Numbered from the stretch's first letter, positions 18,698 through 29,087 are shown. The stretch: DNA of 64,000 nucleotides from Pseudoxanthomonas sp. (GCA_041688625.1 JBDNHW010000067.1:7532-71531), one strand, 5' to 3'. Notes: a model not told the origin generated them from the sequence alone. Numbers and translations: made by a program.

Positions 18698-19543
18698 ATG
18701 GGGACCCAACTGACATTGCCCGACTGGGGCTCGCTGGCGGCGCACGCCGACAACACCCTGCCGCTGCTCGAAACTGCGCTCCTGATCGCGCGTGATGAAT
18801 ATCCGGAGCTGGACGCGGACCTGTACGACACGCTCGCGCAGAGTCACGCCGAACACCTGCGTCCGGAGATCGAGGCCATCGATCCCTGGCCCCTGAAGAT
18901 GGCGGCGATCAATCGCCATCTGTTCGAAGAGCTCGGGTATAGCGGCAACCACGACGAGTACTACGATCCGCGCAACAGCTACTTGAACGAAGTGTTCGAG
19001 CGTCGCCTGGGCAATCCAATCTCATTGGCGATGGTGCAGATCGAGGTGGCGCGACGCCTCGGCGTGCCGCTCGATGGCGTCTCGTTTCCGGGTCACTTCC
19101 TGGTGCGCCTGCCGGTGGACGACGGGATCCTGGTGATGGACCCGTTCAACGGCGGCCGCCCACTGGGCGCCGAGGAATTGCGCGAGCGCGCCAAGCCGCA
19201 CCTGGGTGGCGACATCCCGGACGACAACGCGCTGATGCACATCCTCGACCCGGCCACGCACCGGTCGATCCTGATCCGCATGCTGCGCAACCTGCATGGT
19301 GTCTATGCCGAGAGCGCCCAGTGGGACCGCGCCGCGCGTAGCGCCGATCGGATACTGAAGCTGTCGCCCGACCAGCCCGAAGCGATGCGCGACCGCGGCA
19401 TGGCTTACCTCAACATGGATTACAAGCAGGGCGCACGGCAGGATCTGGCGCGCTACCTGCACCTGGCACCGGACGCGCCTGATGCACGCGCGCTGCGCGA
19501 GCGCGTGGTGGAGCTCAGCATCGGCCGTTCACGCACGCATTGA
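18698..19543 (+). CDS. SirB1 family protein (transglutaminase-like core plus TPR)
   Basis: LGYSGNHDEYYDPRNSYLNEVFERRLGNPISL, FPGHFLV, ILIRMLRNL. Confidence 0.88.
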   Translation: MGTQLTLPDWGSLAAHADNTLPLLETALLIARDEYPELDADLYDTLAQSHAEHLRPEIEAIDPWPLKMAAINRHLFEELGYSGNHDEYYDPRNSYLNEVFERRLGNPISLAMVQIEVARRLGVPLDGVSFPGHFLVRLPVDDGILVMDPFNGGRPLGAEELRERAKPHLGGDIPDDNALMHILDPATHRSILIRMLRNLHGVYAESAQWDRAARSADRILKLSPDQPEAMRDRGMAYLNMDYKQGARQDLARYLHLAPDAPDARALRERVVELSIGRSRTH

Positions 19544-19545
19544 CT

Positions 19546-19618
19546 GCAGGAGCGGGCCCTGCCCGCGATGCTCTTCGTGCACCGGTCCTGAAACCTCGCG
19601 GGCAAGGCTCGCTCCTGC
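19546..19618. repeat. REP doublet, family A (inverted pair)
   Basis: GCAGGAGCGGGCCCTGCCCGCGA (19546-19568) and TCGCGGGCAAGGCTCGCTCCTGC (19596-19618) between convergent sirB1 and rubredoxin genes. Confidence 0.85.
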
Positions 19619-19637
19619 AGGTCAGGTGCGGTCGCCG

Positions 19638-19829
19638 TCAGTCGACCTCGACCATCTCGAAGTCATCCTTGGTGACGCCACAGTCGGGGCATGTCCAGGT
19701 ATCGGGGATATCGGCCCACCGGGTCCCTGGCGCGATGCCTTCCTCCGGCAATCCATCCGCCTCGCGGTACAGGAATCCGCATACCACGCACATCCAGGTG
19801 CGGAACGCGGTGTCGGTCGAGTCAGTCAT
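19638..19829 (-). CDS. Rubredoxin
   Basis: [10 protein letters not shown]...[17 protein letters not shown] (two CxxC). Confidence 0.93.
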   Translation of the reverse strand: MTDSTDTAFRTWMCVVCGFLYREADGLPEEGIAPGTRWADIPDTWTCPDCGVTKDDFEMVEVD

Positions 19830-19887
19830 CGGCGGATAATGGAAGCAGTGGGCCGGTATTGTCCCATTCCTCCACGTCCACCGGAAG

Positions 19888-20532
19888 TTGCCGATGAACC
19901 TGCGCACGCCCGCTGCAGCCCATGGACCCCGCGGCCTGTACCTGATCACGCCGGATCGCGGCGATACGGAGCAGCTGCTCGAAGAAGTCGAGCCGCTGCT
20001 TTCGGGCGGCGTGCACTGGCTGCAGTACCGCAACAAGTCCGCACCGCCTGCGCTGCGGCGGGAACAGGCACATCGCCTGCAGGCGATGTGCGCGCGGACC
20101 GGGGTGCCGCTGATCATCAACGACGATGCGCAGCTGGCCGCCGATTCAGGCGCGGCGGGCGTTCATCTGGGTGAGGACGACGGCGACATCGCCGGCGCGC
20201 GTTTGCTCTTGGGACCAGGCGCGATAGTCGGAGCCTCTTGCTACGACAGCCTGGAGCTGGCGAGCAGCGCGGTGTCGGCTGGCGCGAGCTACGTTGCCTT
20301 CGGCGCGTTCTTCCCCACGCGCAGCAAGCTCGGCACCCGCCGCACCGAACAAGATGTGCTGGCGCGTGCAGCGGCGCTGGGAGTGCCGCGGGTGGCGATA
20401 GGCGGGATTACCCCGGACAATGCGGGTTCGCTGGTCGCCGCGGGTGCGGATCTGGTCGCGGTGATTTCTGGCGTGTTCGATGCGCCGGACCCGGTCGCGG
20501 CGGTGCGCGCCTACTGTCAATCATTCCTGTAG
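19888..20532 (+). CDS. thiE: Thiamine-phosphate synthase
   Basis: [38 protein letters not shown]. Confidence 0.94.
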   Translation: MPMNLRTPAAAHGPRGLYLITPDRGDTEQLLEEVEPLLSGGVHWLQYRNKSAPPALRREQAHRLQAMCARTGVPLIINDDAQLAADSGAAGVHLGEDDGDIAGARLLLGPGAIVGASCYDSLELASSAVSAGASYVAFGAFFPTRSKLGTRRTEQDVLARAAALGVPRVAIGGITPDNAGSLVAAGADLVAVISGVFDAPDPVAAVRAYCQSFL

Positions 20533-20552
20533 CCCGTGCTGCCTGCTGCCAT

Positions 20553-20774
20553 GTAAATCCCGGCTGGCCCGTATGTTTTCCCGCCTTGCAGATCCGAGCT
20601 TGCCCGGAGGTTTCATGCCTCGTAGATCCGAGCTTGCCCGGAGGTTTCTAGCGAGGATCAGGAGCATTCGAGCAAGCTCGGATCTACAAGGAATGAAGAC
20701 CAGGAGCATCCGGGCAAGCTCGGATCTACAAGGCATAGAGATCAGGAGCATCCGGGCAAGCTCGGACCTGCAAG
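20553..20774. repeat. Convergent REP array, family B (GTAGATCCGAGCTTGCCCGGA): 3 forward and 3 reverse copies
   Basis: Forward copies at about 20553 (degenerate), 20588 and 20622 (34-35 bp period). Reverse copies in units starting at about 20660, 20701 and 20743 (about 42 bp period). Confidence 0.9.
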
Positions 20775-20795
20775 TCACCAAGGATCCAGAACATC

Positions 20796-22091
20796 ATGAA
20801 CCACGACCAGTCCCACGCCTTGTTCGAGCGCGCACAGAAGCTTCTGCCCGGCGGAGTCAACTCTCCTGTCCGCGCGTTCAAGTCGGTGGGTGGCGAACCG
20901 TTCTTCGTGCAGCGCGCCGACGGCCCTTGGCTGTTCGACGTCGACGGCAACCGCTACATCGACTACATCGGTTCCTGGGGTCCGATGATCGCCGGGCACA
21001 ACCACCCGCACGTGCGCGAGGCAGTGGCGCGTTCGATCGGCAATGGGCTCTCGTTCGGGGCGCCGAATCCGGCCGAGGTGACGATGGCCGAGACCATCAT
21101 CCGTCTGGTGCCCTCGTGCGAAATGGTGCGCATGGTCAACTCGGGCACCGAGGCGACGCTGTCAGCGATTCGACTTGCGCGGGGTGCCACCGGACGCAAC
21201 CTGATGGTCAAGTTCGAGGGCTGCTACCACGGGCACGGCGACTCCTTCCTAGTCAAGGCAGGCTCCGGGATGCTGACGCTGGGCGTGCCGACGTCGCCCG
21301 GGGTGCCGGCGGGGCTGGCGGACCTGACCCTCACCCTGAGCTTCAACGACTTCGACGGTACGAGCCGCCTGTTCGAACAGCGCGGCAGCGATATTGCCTG
21401 CGTCATCGTCGAGCCAGTCGTGGGCAACGCCAACTGCATCCTGCCGCGCGAGGGCTACCTGCAGCACCTGCGCGCGCTGTGCAGCGAACATGGCGCTCTG
21501 CTGGTCTTCGACGAGGTGATGACCGGTTTCCGCGTGGCGCTCGGTGGCGCCCAAGGCCATTACAAGGTGACGCCGGACCTCACCACCTTCGGCAAGATCA
21601 TCGGCGGCGGCATGCCGGTGGGCGCCTACGGTGGACGCCGCGATCTGATGCAGCAGATTTCCCCCAGTGGCCCGATCTACCAGGCCGGCACCCTCAGCGG
21701 CAATCCGGTGGCGATGGCGGCGGGTCTGGCGATGCTCGACCTGGTGCAGGAGCCGGGCTTCCACACGCGCCTCACTGCATCGACCGCGGCGCTGTGCGAG
21801 GGCCTGGAGGAGGCGGCGCGCGCTGCGGGAATCGCAGTGACCACCAATCGCCTGGGCGGCATGTTCGGCCTGTTCTTCACCGACGAGAAGGTCGAGACGT
21901 ACGCGCAGGCCATCGCGTGCGACACGGCTGCCTTCAACCGCTTCTTCCACGCCATGCTCGAGCGTGGCGTGTACCTGGCACCCTCCGCCTACGAGGCCGG
22001 CTTCATGTCCAGCGTCCACGATGAAGCGATCATCGCCGAAACGCTGGAGGCTGCCCGCGCAGCGTTCCTGCAGATCGCCGCGCAGCCGTAA
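20796..22091 (+). CDS. hemL: Glutamate-1-semialdehyde 2,1-aminomutase
   Basis: [38 protein letters not shown]. Confidence 0.97.
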   Translation: MNHDQSHALFERAQKLLPGGVNSPVRAFKSVGGEPFFVQRADGPWLFDVDGNRYIDYIGSWGPMIAGHNHPHVREAVARSIGNGLSFGAPNPAEVTMAETIIRLVPSCEMVRMVNSGTEATLSAIRLARGATGRNLMVKFEGCYHGHGDSFLVKAGSGMLTLGVPTSPGVPAGLADLTLTLSFNDFDGTSRLFEQRGSDIACVIVEPVVGNANCILPREGYLQHLRALCSEHGALLVFDEVMTGFRVALGGAQGHYKVTPDLTTFGKIIGGGMPVGAYGGRRDLMQQISPSGPIYQAGTLSGNPVAMAAGLAMLDLVQEPGFHTRLTASTAALCEGLEEAARAAGIAVTTNRLGGMFGLFFTDEKVETYAQAIACDTAAFNRFFHAMLERGVYLAPSAYEAGFMSSVHDEAIIAETLEAARAAFLQIAAQP

Positions 22092-22116
22092 CCCCTTTCC
22101 GATTCGGAGCCAGCAC

Positions 22117-23241
22117 ATGCGCCTTGAAACCCTTGCCATCCACGCAGGTGGCGAACCCGATCGCGAGACCGGTGCGGTGGCGCCACCGATCCATCTTGCG
22201 ACCACGTTCCGCCACGGCCCCTCGGCCGAACGCCTGGCCGGCTATGAATACCAGCGCGAAGGCGACCCGACCAACGATCGTCTGCGCGCGGCGCTGGCCG
22301 CGCTGGAGTGCGGCGAAGCGGCGCTCAGCTTTGCCTCGGGGATGGCCGCGATCACGGCCTTGCTCGAGTCCCTTTCTCCGGGTGCGCGCATCGTCATCCC
22401 CGACGACTGTTATGCCGGACTGCGCGTGCTGTGCGCCGAGTTCATGCCCGAGCGCGACGTGCAGGTGCGCACCGTGGACATGGGCGACCTGGGGGCGGTG
22501 CGCAGCGCGTGCCGCGACGGGATCGACCTGCTGTGGGCGGAAACACCGTCCAACCCGCTGATGAAGGTCTGCGACATTGCCGCACTGGCGGGTATCGCCC
22601 GTGACCACCGGGCGCTGCTGGTATGCGACAACACCTTTGCATCGCCAGTGCTGCAGCAGCCGCTGCTGCTCGGCGCCGACGTGGTGATGCATTCGACCAC
22701 CAAGTACTTCGGCGGACACAGCGATGTGCTCGGTGGCGCGCTGGTGTTCGCGCGTGGCGACGCACTGTTCAACAAGGTGGCCCATCGCCTGCACATCACC
22801 GGCGCCACGCTCGCGCCCTTCAGCGCCTGGCTGACCCTGCGCGGGTTCCGTTCGCTGCCGGCGCGCATGAGCCTGCACTGCGCCAACGCACGCCGCGTGG
22901 CAGATCACCTTGCCGCCCATCCGCAGGTGCGGCAGGTCAACTACCCAGGCCTGGCCTCGCATCCCGGTCATGCCATTGCCGCGGCGCAGATGCGCAACTT
23001 CGGCGGCATGCTCAGCCTGCAATTACGTGGCGGTCGCGACGCCGCTCTGGCCATGACCGGCGCGCTGCGCGTCTTTACCAACGCCACGTCGCTGGGCGGC
23101 TGCGAATCCCTGATCGAGCATCGCGCTTCGGTCGAAGGCGCCAATCCGGTGTCGCCACAGGACCTGCTGCGGATTTCGGTCGGGCTCGAACACATCGACG
23201 ACCTGCTCGCCGACCTGACCCAGGCGCTGGCCACCCTCTGA
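22117..23241 (+). CDS. PLP-dependent transsulfuration enzyme (cystathionine gamma-synthase/lyase family)
   Basis: LWAETPSNP, DNTFASP, HSTTKYFGGHSD, SLGGCESLI, LRISVGLE. Confidence 0.88.
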   Translation: MRLETLAIHAGGEPDRETGAVAPPIHLATTFRHGPSAERLAGYEYQREGDPTNDRLRAALAALECGEAALSFASGMAAITALLESLSPGARIVIPDDCYAGLRVLCAEFMPERDVQVRTVDMGDLGAVRSACRDGIDLLWAETPSNPLMKVCDIAALAGIARDHRALLVCDNTFASPVLQQPLLLGADVVMHSTTKYFGGHSDVLGGALVFARGDALFNKVAHRLHITGATLAPFSAWLTLRGFRSLPARMSLHCANARRVADHLAAHPQVRQVNYPGLASHPGHAIAAAQMRNFGGMLSLQLRGGRDAALAMTGALRVFTNATSLGGCESLIEHRASVEGANPVSPQDLLRISVGLEHIDDLLADLTQALATL

Positions 23242-23287
23242 GGCAAGCGTCGCGTCCTGCGGCCGCTGGATGCGTCTGGCTCTTGTT

Positions 23288-23310
23288 TGATAATGATTAT
23301 CATTTATACT
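23288..23310 (+). promoter_or_regulatory. Fur box overlapping a -10 element
   Basis: Perfect 7-1-7 TGATAAT-G-ATTATCA (23288-23302), TATACT at 23305-23310. Confidence 0.9.
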
Positions 23311-23343
23311 TGGCGCCCGAAAGCACTCCAGAACACGACACCC

Positions 23344-25578
23344 ATGCACCCTCTTCCCCTGCTGGCCAAGCGCCCGCGCGCCCTGACCGCCTCCCTGCTG
23401 TGCGCCGCCATCGGACTGGCGCTGTCGAGTCCAGTCAGGGCCGAGGCCGGCGGCGAGCTGCAGGCGGTCGCACTGGACCGCATCCAGGTCATCGGCAGCG
23501 CCGAGGGCGCGCGCGAAATCAGCGGCGCGGCGCACTACATCGGCGAAGAAGAGCTGCAGGACTTCGAATACACCGACATCCAGCGCATCCTGCGCCAGGC
23601 TCCGGGCGTGTACGTGGTGGAAGAGGAAGGCTTCGGCCTGCGCCCGAACATCGGCATCCGCGGCTCGGGCATCGACCGCAACAGCCGCATCACGGTGATG
23701 GAGGATGGCGTGCTGATCGCGCCGGCAGCCTATGCCGCGCCGGCGGCCTACTACTTCCCGACCGCCGCGCGCATAAGCGCGATCGAAATCGTCAAGGGCG
23801 CCGCCTCCATCCAGAACGGACCGCGCACTACAGGTGGTGCGATCAACCTGATTTCCACGCCGATCCCGGAGAGCGGCCTGGCGGGCAAGGCCAGCCTGCT
23901 GTTCGGCACCGACAACACCGCGCTGGGGCACGGCTGGATCGGCGGCACCAGTGAAAGCGGCGTCGGTTTCCTGGTGGAGACCGCGCAGCAGCGCAGCGAC
24001 GGTTTCAAGCAGCTCGATGGCGGCGGCGACACCGGCTACGACCTGCAGGACTACCGCGCCAAGCTGTCCTACACGCATGACACCGGCACTGGCCCGAAGC
24101 AGCGCGTCGAGCTGCGCTTCGGCCGCTCGGACCAGCACTCCGATGAAACCTACCTGGGCCTCACCGATGCCGATTTCGCGGCGACGCCGACCCGCCGCTA
24201 CGCCGCCAGCGCCTTGGACAACATCGAAGTCGAACACACCGATGCCCAGCTGCGCCATTCAATCGCGTTCAACGACAACATCGACATCAGCACCGTCGTC
24301 TACCATCACGAGACCACCCGCGCCTGGTACAAGCTGCAGGACGTCACCGGCGCTGGCCTCGGCGCCCTGCTCGAAAACCCGCAGGCGTTCCCTCTGCAGT
24401 ATGGCTGGCTCACCGGCGCGAACTCGCCCGCCAATGCGCTGCGCATCCGCAACAACAACCGCGCCTATGAAGCGCGCGGCATGCAGAGCGTGCTCGGCTG
24501 GCGCATCGACGGCGCCCGCGTGGACCAGCAGCTGCAGCTGGGCGTGCGCTACCACGAGGACCAGGAGGACCGCTTCCAGCAGGACGACCGCTACCGCATG
24601 CAGGACGGGCGCCTGGTGCTGACCTCGCCCAGCCTGCCCGGCAGCCAGGACAACCGCGTGGGCAGTGCCGAAGCCTGGTCGTACTACCTCACCAACCAGA
24701 TGAGCATCGGTCGCCTGAGCCTGACCCCGGGCCTGCGCTACGAGAACATCGACCTGCTGCGCGTTGACTACGCGCGCAGGCCCGACGGCCGCGCCGCGGC
24801 CCCGACGCGCGTCATTCGCAGCAATGTCGACCAGTGGATTCCAGGCCTGGGTGCAGGCTGGGATCTCGGCAGCGGCTGGTCGCTGTTCGGCAGCGTGACC
24901 CGCGGTTTCAACCCGCCAGGGCCCGGTTCGGACGCAGAGCCGGAGCTGAGCACCAACTACGAGTTCGGCGCCCGCCATGACGCCGGCCTGCTGTCGAGCG
25001 AAGTGGTGGCGTTCTACAACGATTATTCCAACCTGGTCGGCACCTGCACCGAGTCCAGCGGCGGCGGCTGCAGCGTCGGGGCGCAGTTCGAAGCCGGCAA
25101 GACGCGCGTGAGCGGCATCGAGGCGCGCATCGGCTGGACCGCGAACGCGCAGGGCAACGTGCGCTTCCCCATTCGCGCGGCCTACACCTTCACCCGGGCC
25201 GAGTTCCGCAACAGCTTCCAGAGCGAGTTCGAGGAATGGGGCGACGTGCAGCGCGGTGACGAGCTGCCCTACCTGCCCGAACAGCTGGTTTCGGCCAGCG
25301 TGGGCGCCGAGGGCGAGCGCTGGTCGGCGCACCTGGGGATGACGCGCGTGGGCGAGATGCGCGAAGTCGCCGGCCAGGGCGCAATCAACGCGGGCGAGCG
25401 CATCCCCAGCGTCACCCTGTTCGACCTGGCCGCCAGCTGGCGCGTGGCCGGCGACCTGGAGCTGATGGCCCGGGTCGAGAACCTGTTCGACGAGACCTAC
25501 CTGGCCGCGCGCCGCCCCAGCGGCGCACGGCCGGGTCGGCCGCAGGCGGCCTTCGTCGGCGTGCGCTACACGTTCTAG
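23344..25578 (+). CDS. TonB-dependent receptor, FecA-like
   Basis: Signal peptide, TonB box LDRIQVIG, plug GLRPNIGIRG...GPRTTGGAINL, C-terminal ENLFDETY...YTF. Confidence 0.92.
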   Translation: MHPLPLLAKRPRALTASLLCAAIGLALSSPVRAEAGGELQAVALDRIQVIGSAEGAREISGAAHYIGEEELQDFEYTDIQRILRQAPGVYVVEEEGFGLRPNIGIRGSGIDRNSRITVMEDGVLIAPAAYAAPAAYYFPTAARISAIEIVKGAASIQNGPRTTGGAINLISTPIPESGLAGKASLLFGTDNTALGHGWIGGTSESGVGFLVETAQQRSDGFKQLDGGGDTGYDLQDYRAKLSYTHDTGTGPKQRVELRFGRSDQHSDETYLGLTDADFAATPTRRYAASALDNIEVEHTDAQLRHSIAFNDNIDISTVVYHHETTRAWYKLQDVTGAGLGALLENPQAFPLQYGWLTGANSPANALRIRNNNRAYEARGMQSVLGWRIDGARVDQQLQLGVRYHEDQEDRFQQDDRYRMQDGRLVLTSPSLPGSQDNRVGSAEAWSYYLTNQMSIGRLSLTPGLRYENIDLLRVDYARRPDGRAAAPTRVIRSNVDQWIPGLGAGWDLGSGWSLFGSVTRGFNPPGPGSDAEPELSTNYEFGARHDAGLLSSEVVAFYNDYSNLVGTCTESSGGGCSVGAQFEAGKTRVSGIEARIGWTANAQGNVRFPIRAAYTFTRAEFRNSFQSEFEEWGDVQRGDELPYLPEQLVSASVGAEGERWSAHLGMTRVGEMREVAGQGAINAGERIPSVTLFDLAASWRVAGDLELMARVENLFDETYLAARRPSGARPGRPQAAFVGVRYTF

Positions 25579-25587
25579 AGGCCCCGG

Positions 25588-26832
25588 CTACGCCACGCGG
25601 CCTGCGCGGCCTGCGTACTCTCGCAGCGCCGCGTGCAGCCGCGACAGGCCCGCGGCAACCTCCTCGTCGGTGATGTTCAAGGGCGGCACCAGGCGCAGCA
25701 CGTCGGGACCGGCCTGGAGCAGCAGCAGGCTGTGGGCGGCAGCGTGATCGAGGATCGCACCCGCGCGACCGGCGTGCTCGGCTCGCAACACCGCGCCCAG
25801 CATCAGGCCGCGTCCGCGTATTTCATTGAAGAGCGACAGCTCTGCGTTTATGGCCGTCAGTCCATTGCGCAGCGCGCGTGACTGCCGGGCCACATTCGCG
25901 GCAATCGCTTCCGATCCCAGCTTGCGCAGCGCCACCCTGGCCACCGCCGCGCCAAGGGGATTGCCGCCAAAGGTGGTGCCGTGCGCGCCGAACTGCATGG
26001 ATTCGGAGACCTGCGGGCCCGCCAGCATCGCACCGATCGGAAATCCCCCGCCCAGCGCCTTGGCCAGGGTCACGATGTCCGGGACCACGCCGTCTTCCCA
26101 GTGCGCGAACAGCGCGCCGGTGCGGCCCATGCCGCACTGCACTTCATCCAGCACCAGCAGCGCGCCGTGCCGGTCGCACAGCGCGCGTACGCCGCGCAGG
26201 AAGCCGTCTGCAGCCGGCATGACGCCACCCTCGCCCTGCACCGGTTCGACCAGCACCGCGGCCACGTCGCCGGACTCCATTGCCGACTCCAGCTGCGGCA
26301 GGTCGTTGAAGTCCGAATAGCGGAAGCCACCGGGTAGCGGCTCGTAGCCTTCGTGGTACTTGGGCTGCGCGGTGGCGGTGACCGCGGCCAGGGTGCGGCC
26401 GTGGAAGCTGCCGCGGAAGCTGACGATCACCCGCCGCTCCGGCGGACGCCCCTGCGAAGTCGCCCACTGCCGCACCAGCTTGATCGCCGCTTCGTTGGCC
26501 TCGGCCCCGGAATTGCACAGGAACACCCGGCGCGCGAAGCGCGAGGCGTCCACCAGCTCCCCGGCCAGGCGCAGCGGCGGCTCGCTGTAGAACACGTTGC
26601 TGGTGTGCCACAGCTTGCCGGCCTGCTCGGTCAGCGCCGCGACCAGGTCCGGATCGTTGTGCCCCAGGCCGCACACCGCGATGCCTGCGGAGAGGTCGAT
26701 GTACTCGATGCCGTCGCGATCCCAGACGCGGGCCCCCTGGCCGCGCTCGAGCACGATGCTGCGGGGGCGGTAGACCGGAAGGTAATAGCCAGAGCCCTTG
26801 GCCACGAGCTCGGCGGTGGTGGGTGAGTGCAT
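25588..26832 (-). CDS. argD: Acetylornithine/succinylornithine aminotransferase
   Basis: FLCNSGAEANEAAIKL, SFHGRT, EPVQGEGG, DEVQCGMGRTG, TLAKALGGG, HGTTFGGNP. Confidence 0.9.
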   Translation of the reverse strand: MHSPTTAELVAKGSGYYLPVYRPRSIVLERGQGARVWDRDGIEYIDLSAGIAVCGLGHNDPDLVAALTEQAGKLWHTSNVFYSEPPLRLAGELVDASRFARRVFLCNSGAEANEAAIKLVRQWATSQGRPPERRVIVSFRGSFHGRTLAAVTATAQPKYHEGYEPLPGGFRYSDFNDLPQLESAMESGDVAAVLVEPVQGEGGVMPAADGFLRGVRALCDRHGALLVLDEVQCGMGRTGALFAHWEDGVVPDIVTLAKALGGGFPIGAMLAGPQVSESMQFGAHGTTFGGNPLGAAVARVALRKLGSEAIAANVARQSRALRNGLTAINAELSLFNEIRGRGLMLGAVLRAEHAGRAGAILDHAAAHSLLLLQAGPDVLRLVPPLNITDEEVAAGLSRLHAALREYAGRAGRVA

Positions 26833-26889
26833 CAGCGTGGCATCCAGAACGTGGGACAGCTGGTCATTCTCCACAATCCGCCAGCGCAG

Positions 26890-27778
26890 ATGGGGCAACA
26901 TGGCACCAATGAACCCGACTTCCTCCACCGGCTTCCGCCCGGCGACGAATCGGGCTGGCGCCGCCGCTGGTTCGACATCATCTTCGGCCACACGCCCGGG
27001 GCTCCGCGCCGCTTCGACCTGCTGCTGATCGCCGCGATCCTGATCAGCGTGTTCGTGGTGCTGCTGGACAGCGTCGCCGCCGTGCACGCGCGCTGGTTCA
27101 TGTGGCTGCTGGCAATCGAATGGATCTTCACCATCCTCTTCACCATCGAGTACATGGTGCGCCTGTGCGTGGTGAAGCGGCCTTTGAACTACGCGCGGAG
27201 CAGCTGGGGCATGATCGACCTGCTATCGATCCTGCCCACCTGCATATCGCTGGTGATCCCCGGAGGCCAGGCGCTGATGATGGTGCGCAATCCTGCGCGT
27301 CCTGCGCGTGTTCCGCATCCTCAAGCTGACCCAGTACCTGGCCGAAGGCAACCCGCTGGTCACCGCGATGATGCGCAGCCGGCGCAAGATCTTCCTGTTC
27401 GTGTCGGCGCTGATGACCATCGTGGTGATCTTCGCGGCGCTGATGTACCTGATCGAAGGCCCCGAGCACGGCTTCACCAGCATTCCCACCAGCATGTACT
27501 GGGCGGTGATGATCATGACGACCGTGGGCTACGGCGACATCGCGCCGCAAACGCCGCCGGGGCGCGTGGTGACCTCGGTGCTGGTGCTGACCGGCTACAG
27601 CATCACCGCCGTGCCCACCGGCATCTACACCGCCGAACTGGCCGACAGCTTGCGCGATTCGGTCACGGGCATCCGCAAGGACAGCCGGCGCTGCCCCGAG
27701 TGCGATCTCGTGGGACACGACCCCGAGGCCAGCTTCTGCCGCCACTGCGCCCACATCCTGCGCCCGGGCATCGACTGA
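26890..27778 (+). pseudogene. Voltage-gated K+ channel (ion transporter) with +1 frameshift at about 27289
   Basis: S1-S3 in frame 1. An extra A splits S4 (VR-a-ILRVLRVFRILKL). The second frame has TTVGYGD and a C-terminal CPEC...CRHC. Confidence 0.85.
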
Positions 27779-27785
27779 ATCGGCT

Positions 27786-28223
27786 CTACCAGGTGCCGGT
27801 GTTGGGCATCGACAGCCACGGCTCGCACGGGGTCAGCGCCGCGCCCTTCTGCAGCAGCTCGATCGAGATCCGGTCCGGCGTCTGCACGAAGGCCATGCGC
27901 CCGTCGCGCGGTGGCCGGTTGATGGTCACGCCCAGCGACTGCAGGTGCGCGCACAGCGCGTGGATGTCGTCGACCTCGAACGCCAGGTGCCCGAAGTTGC
28001 GCGCGTTGCCGTAGTCCTCGGCAGGCGATCCGTCTTCGGCCGGCCAGTTATGGGTCAGCTCGATCTCTGGCTCCGGGTTCTCCGGGGCGCCGAAATACAC
28101 CAGGGTGAAGCGCCCCGCTTCGCTGTCCATGCGCCGGGTCTGCAGCAGGCCCAGGCCGTCGGTGAGGAAACGGCTGGTGGCCTCCAGGTCGTGGACGCGG
28201 ATCATCGCATGCAGGTATTTCAT
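27786..28223 (-). CDS. VOC family protein (lactoylglutathione lyase-like)
   Basis: YLHAMIRVHDLE, FTLVYF, IELTHNW, FGHLAFEVDD, DRISIELL. Confidence 0.88.
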   Translation of the reverse strand: MKYLHAMIRVHDLEATSRFLTDGLGLLQTRRMDSEAGRFTLVYFGAPENPEPEIELTHNWPAEDGSPAEDYGNARNFGHLAFEVDDIHALCAHLQSLGVTINRPPRDGRMAFVQTPDRISIELLQKGAALTPCEPWLSMPNTGTW

Positions 28224-28238
28224 CGTCGGACTCCGTGA

Positions 28239-29054
28239 TCAATCGAGGAACAGGTCGGGCAGCAGCGGCTGCGAAGGATCGACCGCGTACTGCGCAAGAT
28301 CGGTGATGCCCGCTTCGGCCAGCACTTCGTCATCGATCAGGAACCTGCCGCTGAAGCCGGCAGCGGTCCTGCACAGCACCGCGTGCGCGGCATCGGCCAT
28401 GATTTCGGGCCTGCGGCCATTGGCCGCGTCCACGCCGGGAATCATGTTCAACGCTTCGGTGGCGATCAGCGTGCGCGGCCACAGTGCATTCACTGCCACG
28501 CCCTGCGGGCCGAACTCGCCGGCCAGGCCCAGGGTCGCGAAACTCATGCCCATCTTGGCCAGGGTGTAGCCGGTATGCGGCCCCCACCACTTGGGGTCCA
28601 GCGACGGCGGCGGCGCCAGGGTCAGGATGTGCGGATTGGGCGCCTCGAGCAGGTGCGGCAGGCAGGCCTGCGCGCACAGGAAGCTGCCGCGCGCATTGAC
28701 CTGGTTCATCAGGTCGAAGCGCTTCATCGGCGTGTCCAGGGTGCCGCGCAGCCAGATCGCGCTGGCGTTGTTGACCAGGATGTCGATGCCACCGAACAGG
28801 TCGACCGTCGCGGCCACGGCGGCCCTGACCTGGTCCTCGTCGCGGATGTCGCACTTCAGCGCGAGTCCCTGCCCGCCGGCGGCATTCACCGCCTCGGCCG
28901 CGGTGTGGATGGTGCCCGCAAGCTTCGGGTTGGGAACCGACGATTTCGCCGCGATGGCGACGTTGGCCCCGTCGCGTGCGGCGCGCAAGGCGATGGCCAG
29001 GCCGATCCCGCGCGAAGCGCCGGTGATGAAGAGGGTCTTGCCGGAAAGGGACAT
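28239..29054 (-). CDS. Short-chain dehydrogenase/reductase (HSDL2/citronellol dehydrogenase-like)
   Basis: TGASRGIG, LVNNASAI, YTLAK, NALWPRT. Confidence 0.9.
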   Translation of the reverse strand: MSLSGKTLFITGASRGIGLAIALRAARDGANVAIAAKSSVPNPKLAGTIHTAAEAVNAAGGQGLALKCDIRDEDQVRAAVAATVDLFGGIDILVNNASAIWLRGTLDTPMKRFDLMNQVNARGSFLCAQACLPHLLEAPNPHILTLAPPPSLDPKWWGPHTGYTLAKMGMSFATLGLAGEFGPQGVAVNALWPRTLIATEALNMIPGVDAANGRRPEIMADAAHAVLCRTAAGFSGRFLIDDEVLAEAGITDLAQYAVDPSQPLLPDLFLD

Positions 29055-29087
29055 GGTTGTTGGCCTGTCAGTGGGGGGGAGCAATAG

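Noticed and set aside
16634-18952. Long antisense or shadow ORFs (also 2641..4380, 42733..44616, 32000..33667, 23023..24258, 48651..49958)
   Set aside because: They overlap well-supported genes, are Arg/Ala/Gly-rich and have no motifs, as expected in high-GC DNA.
20553-20774. Repeat array as a CRISPR
   Set aside because: Repeats switch orientation mid-array, linkers are only about 9-12 bp and conserved, units have a GTAG foot typical of REPs, and there are no cas genes.
20480-22024. 514-aa ORF with [11 protein letters not shown] repeats as a repeat protein
   Set aside because: It is a translation of the REP array plus an alternative frame of hemL.
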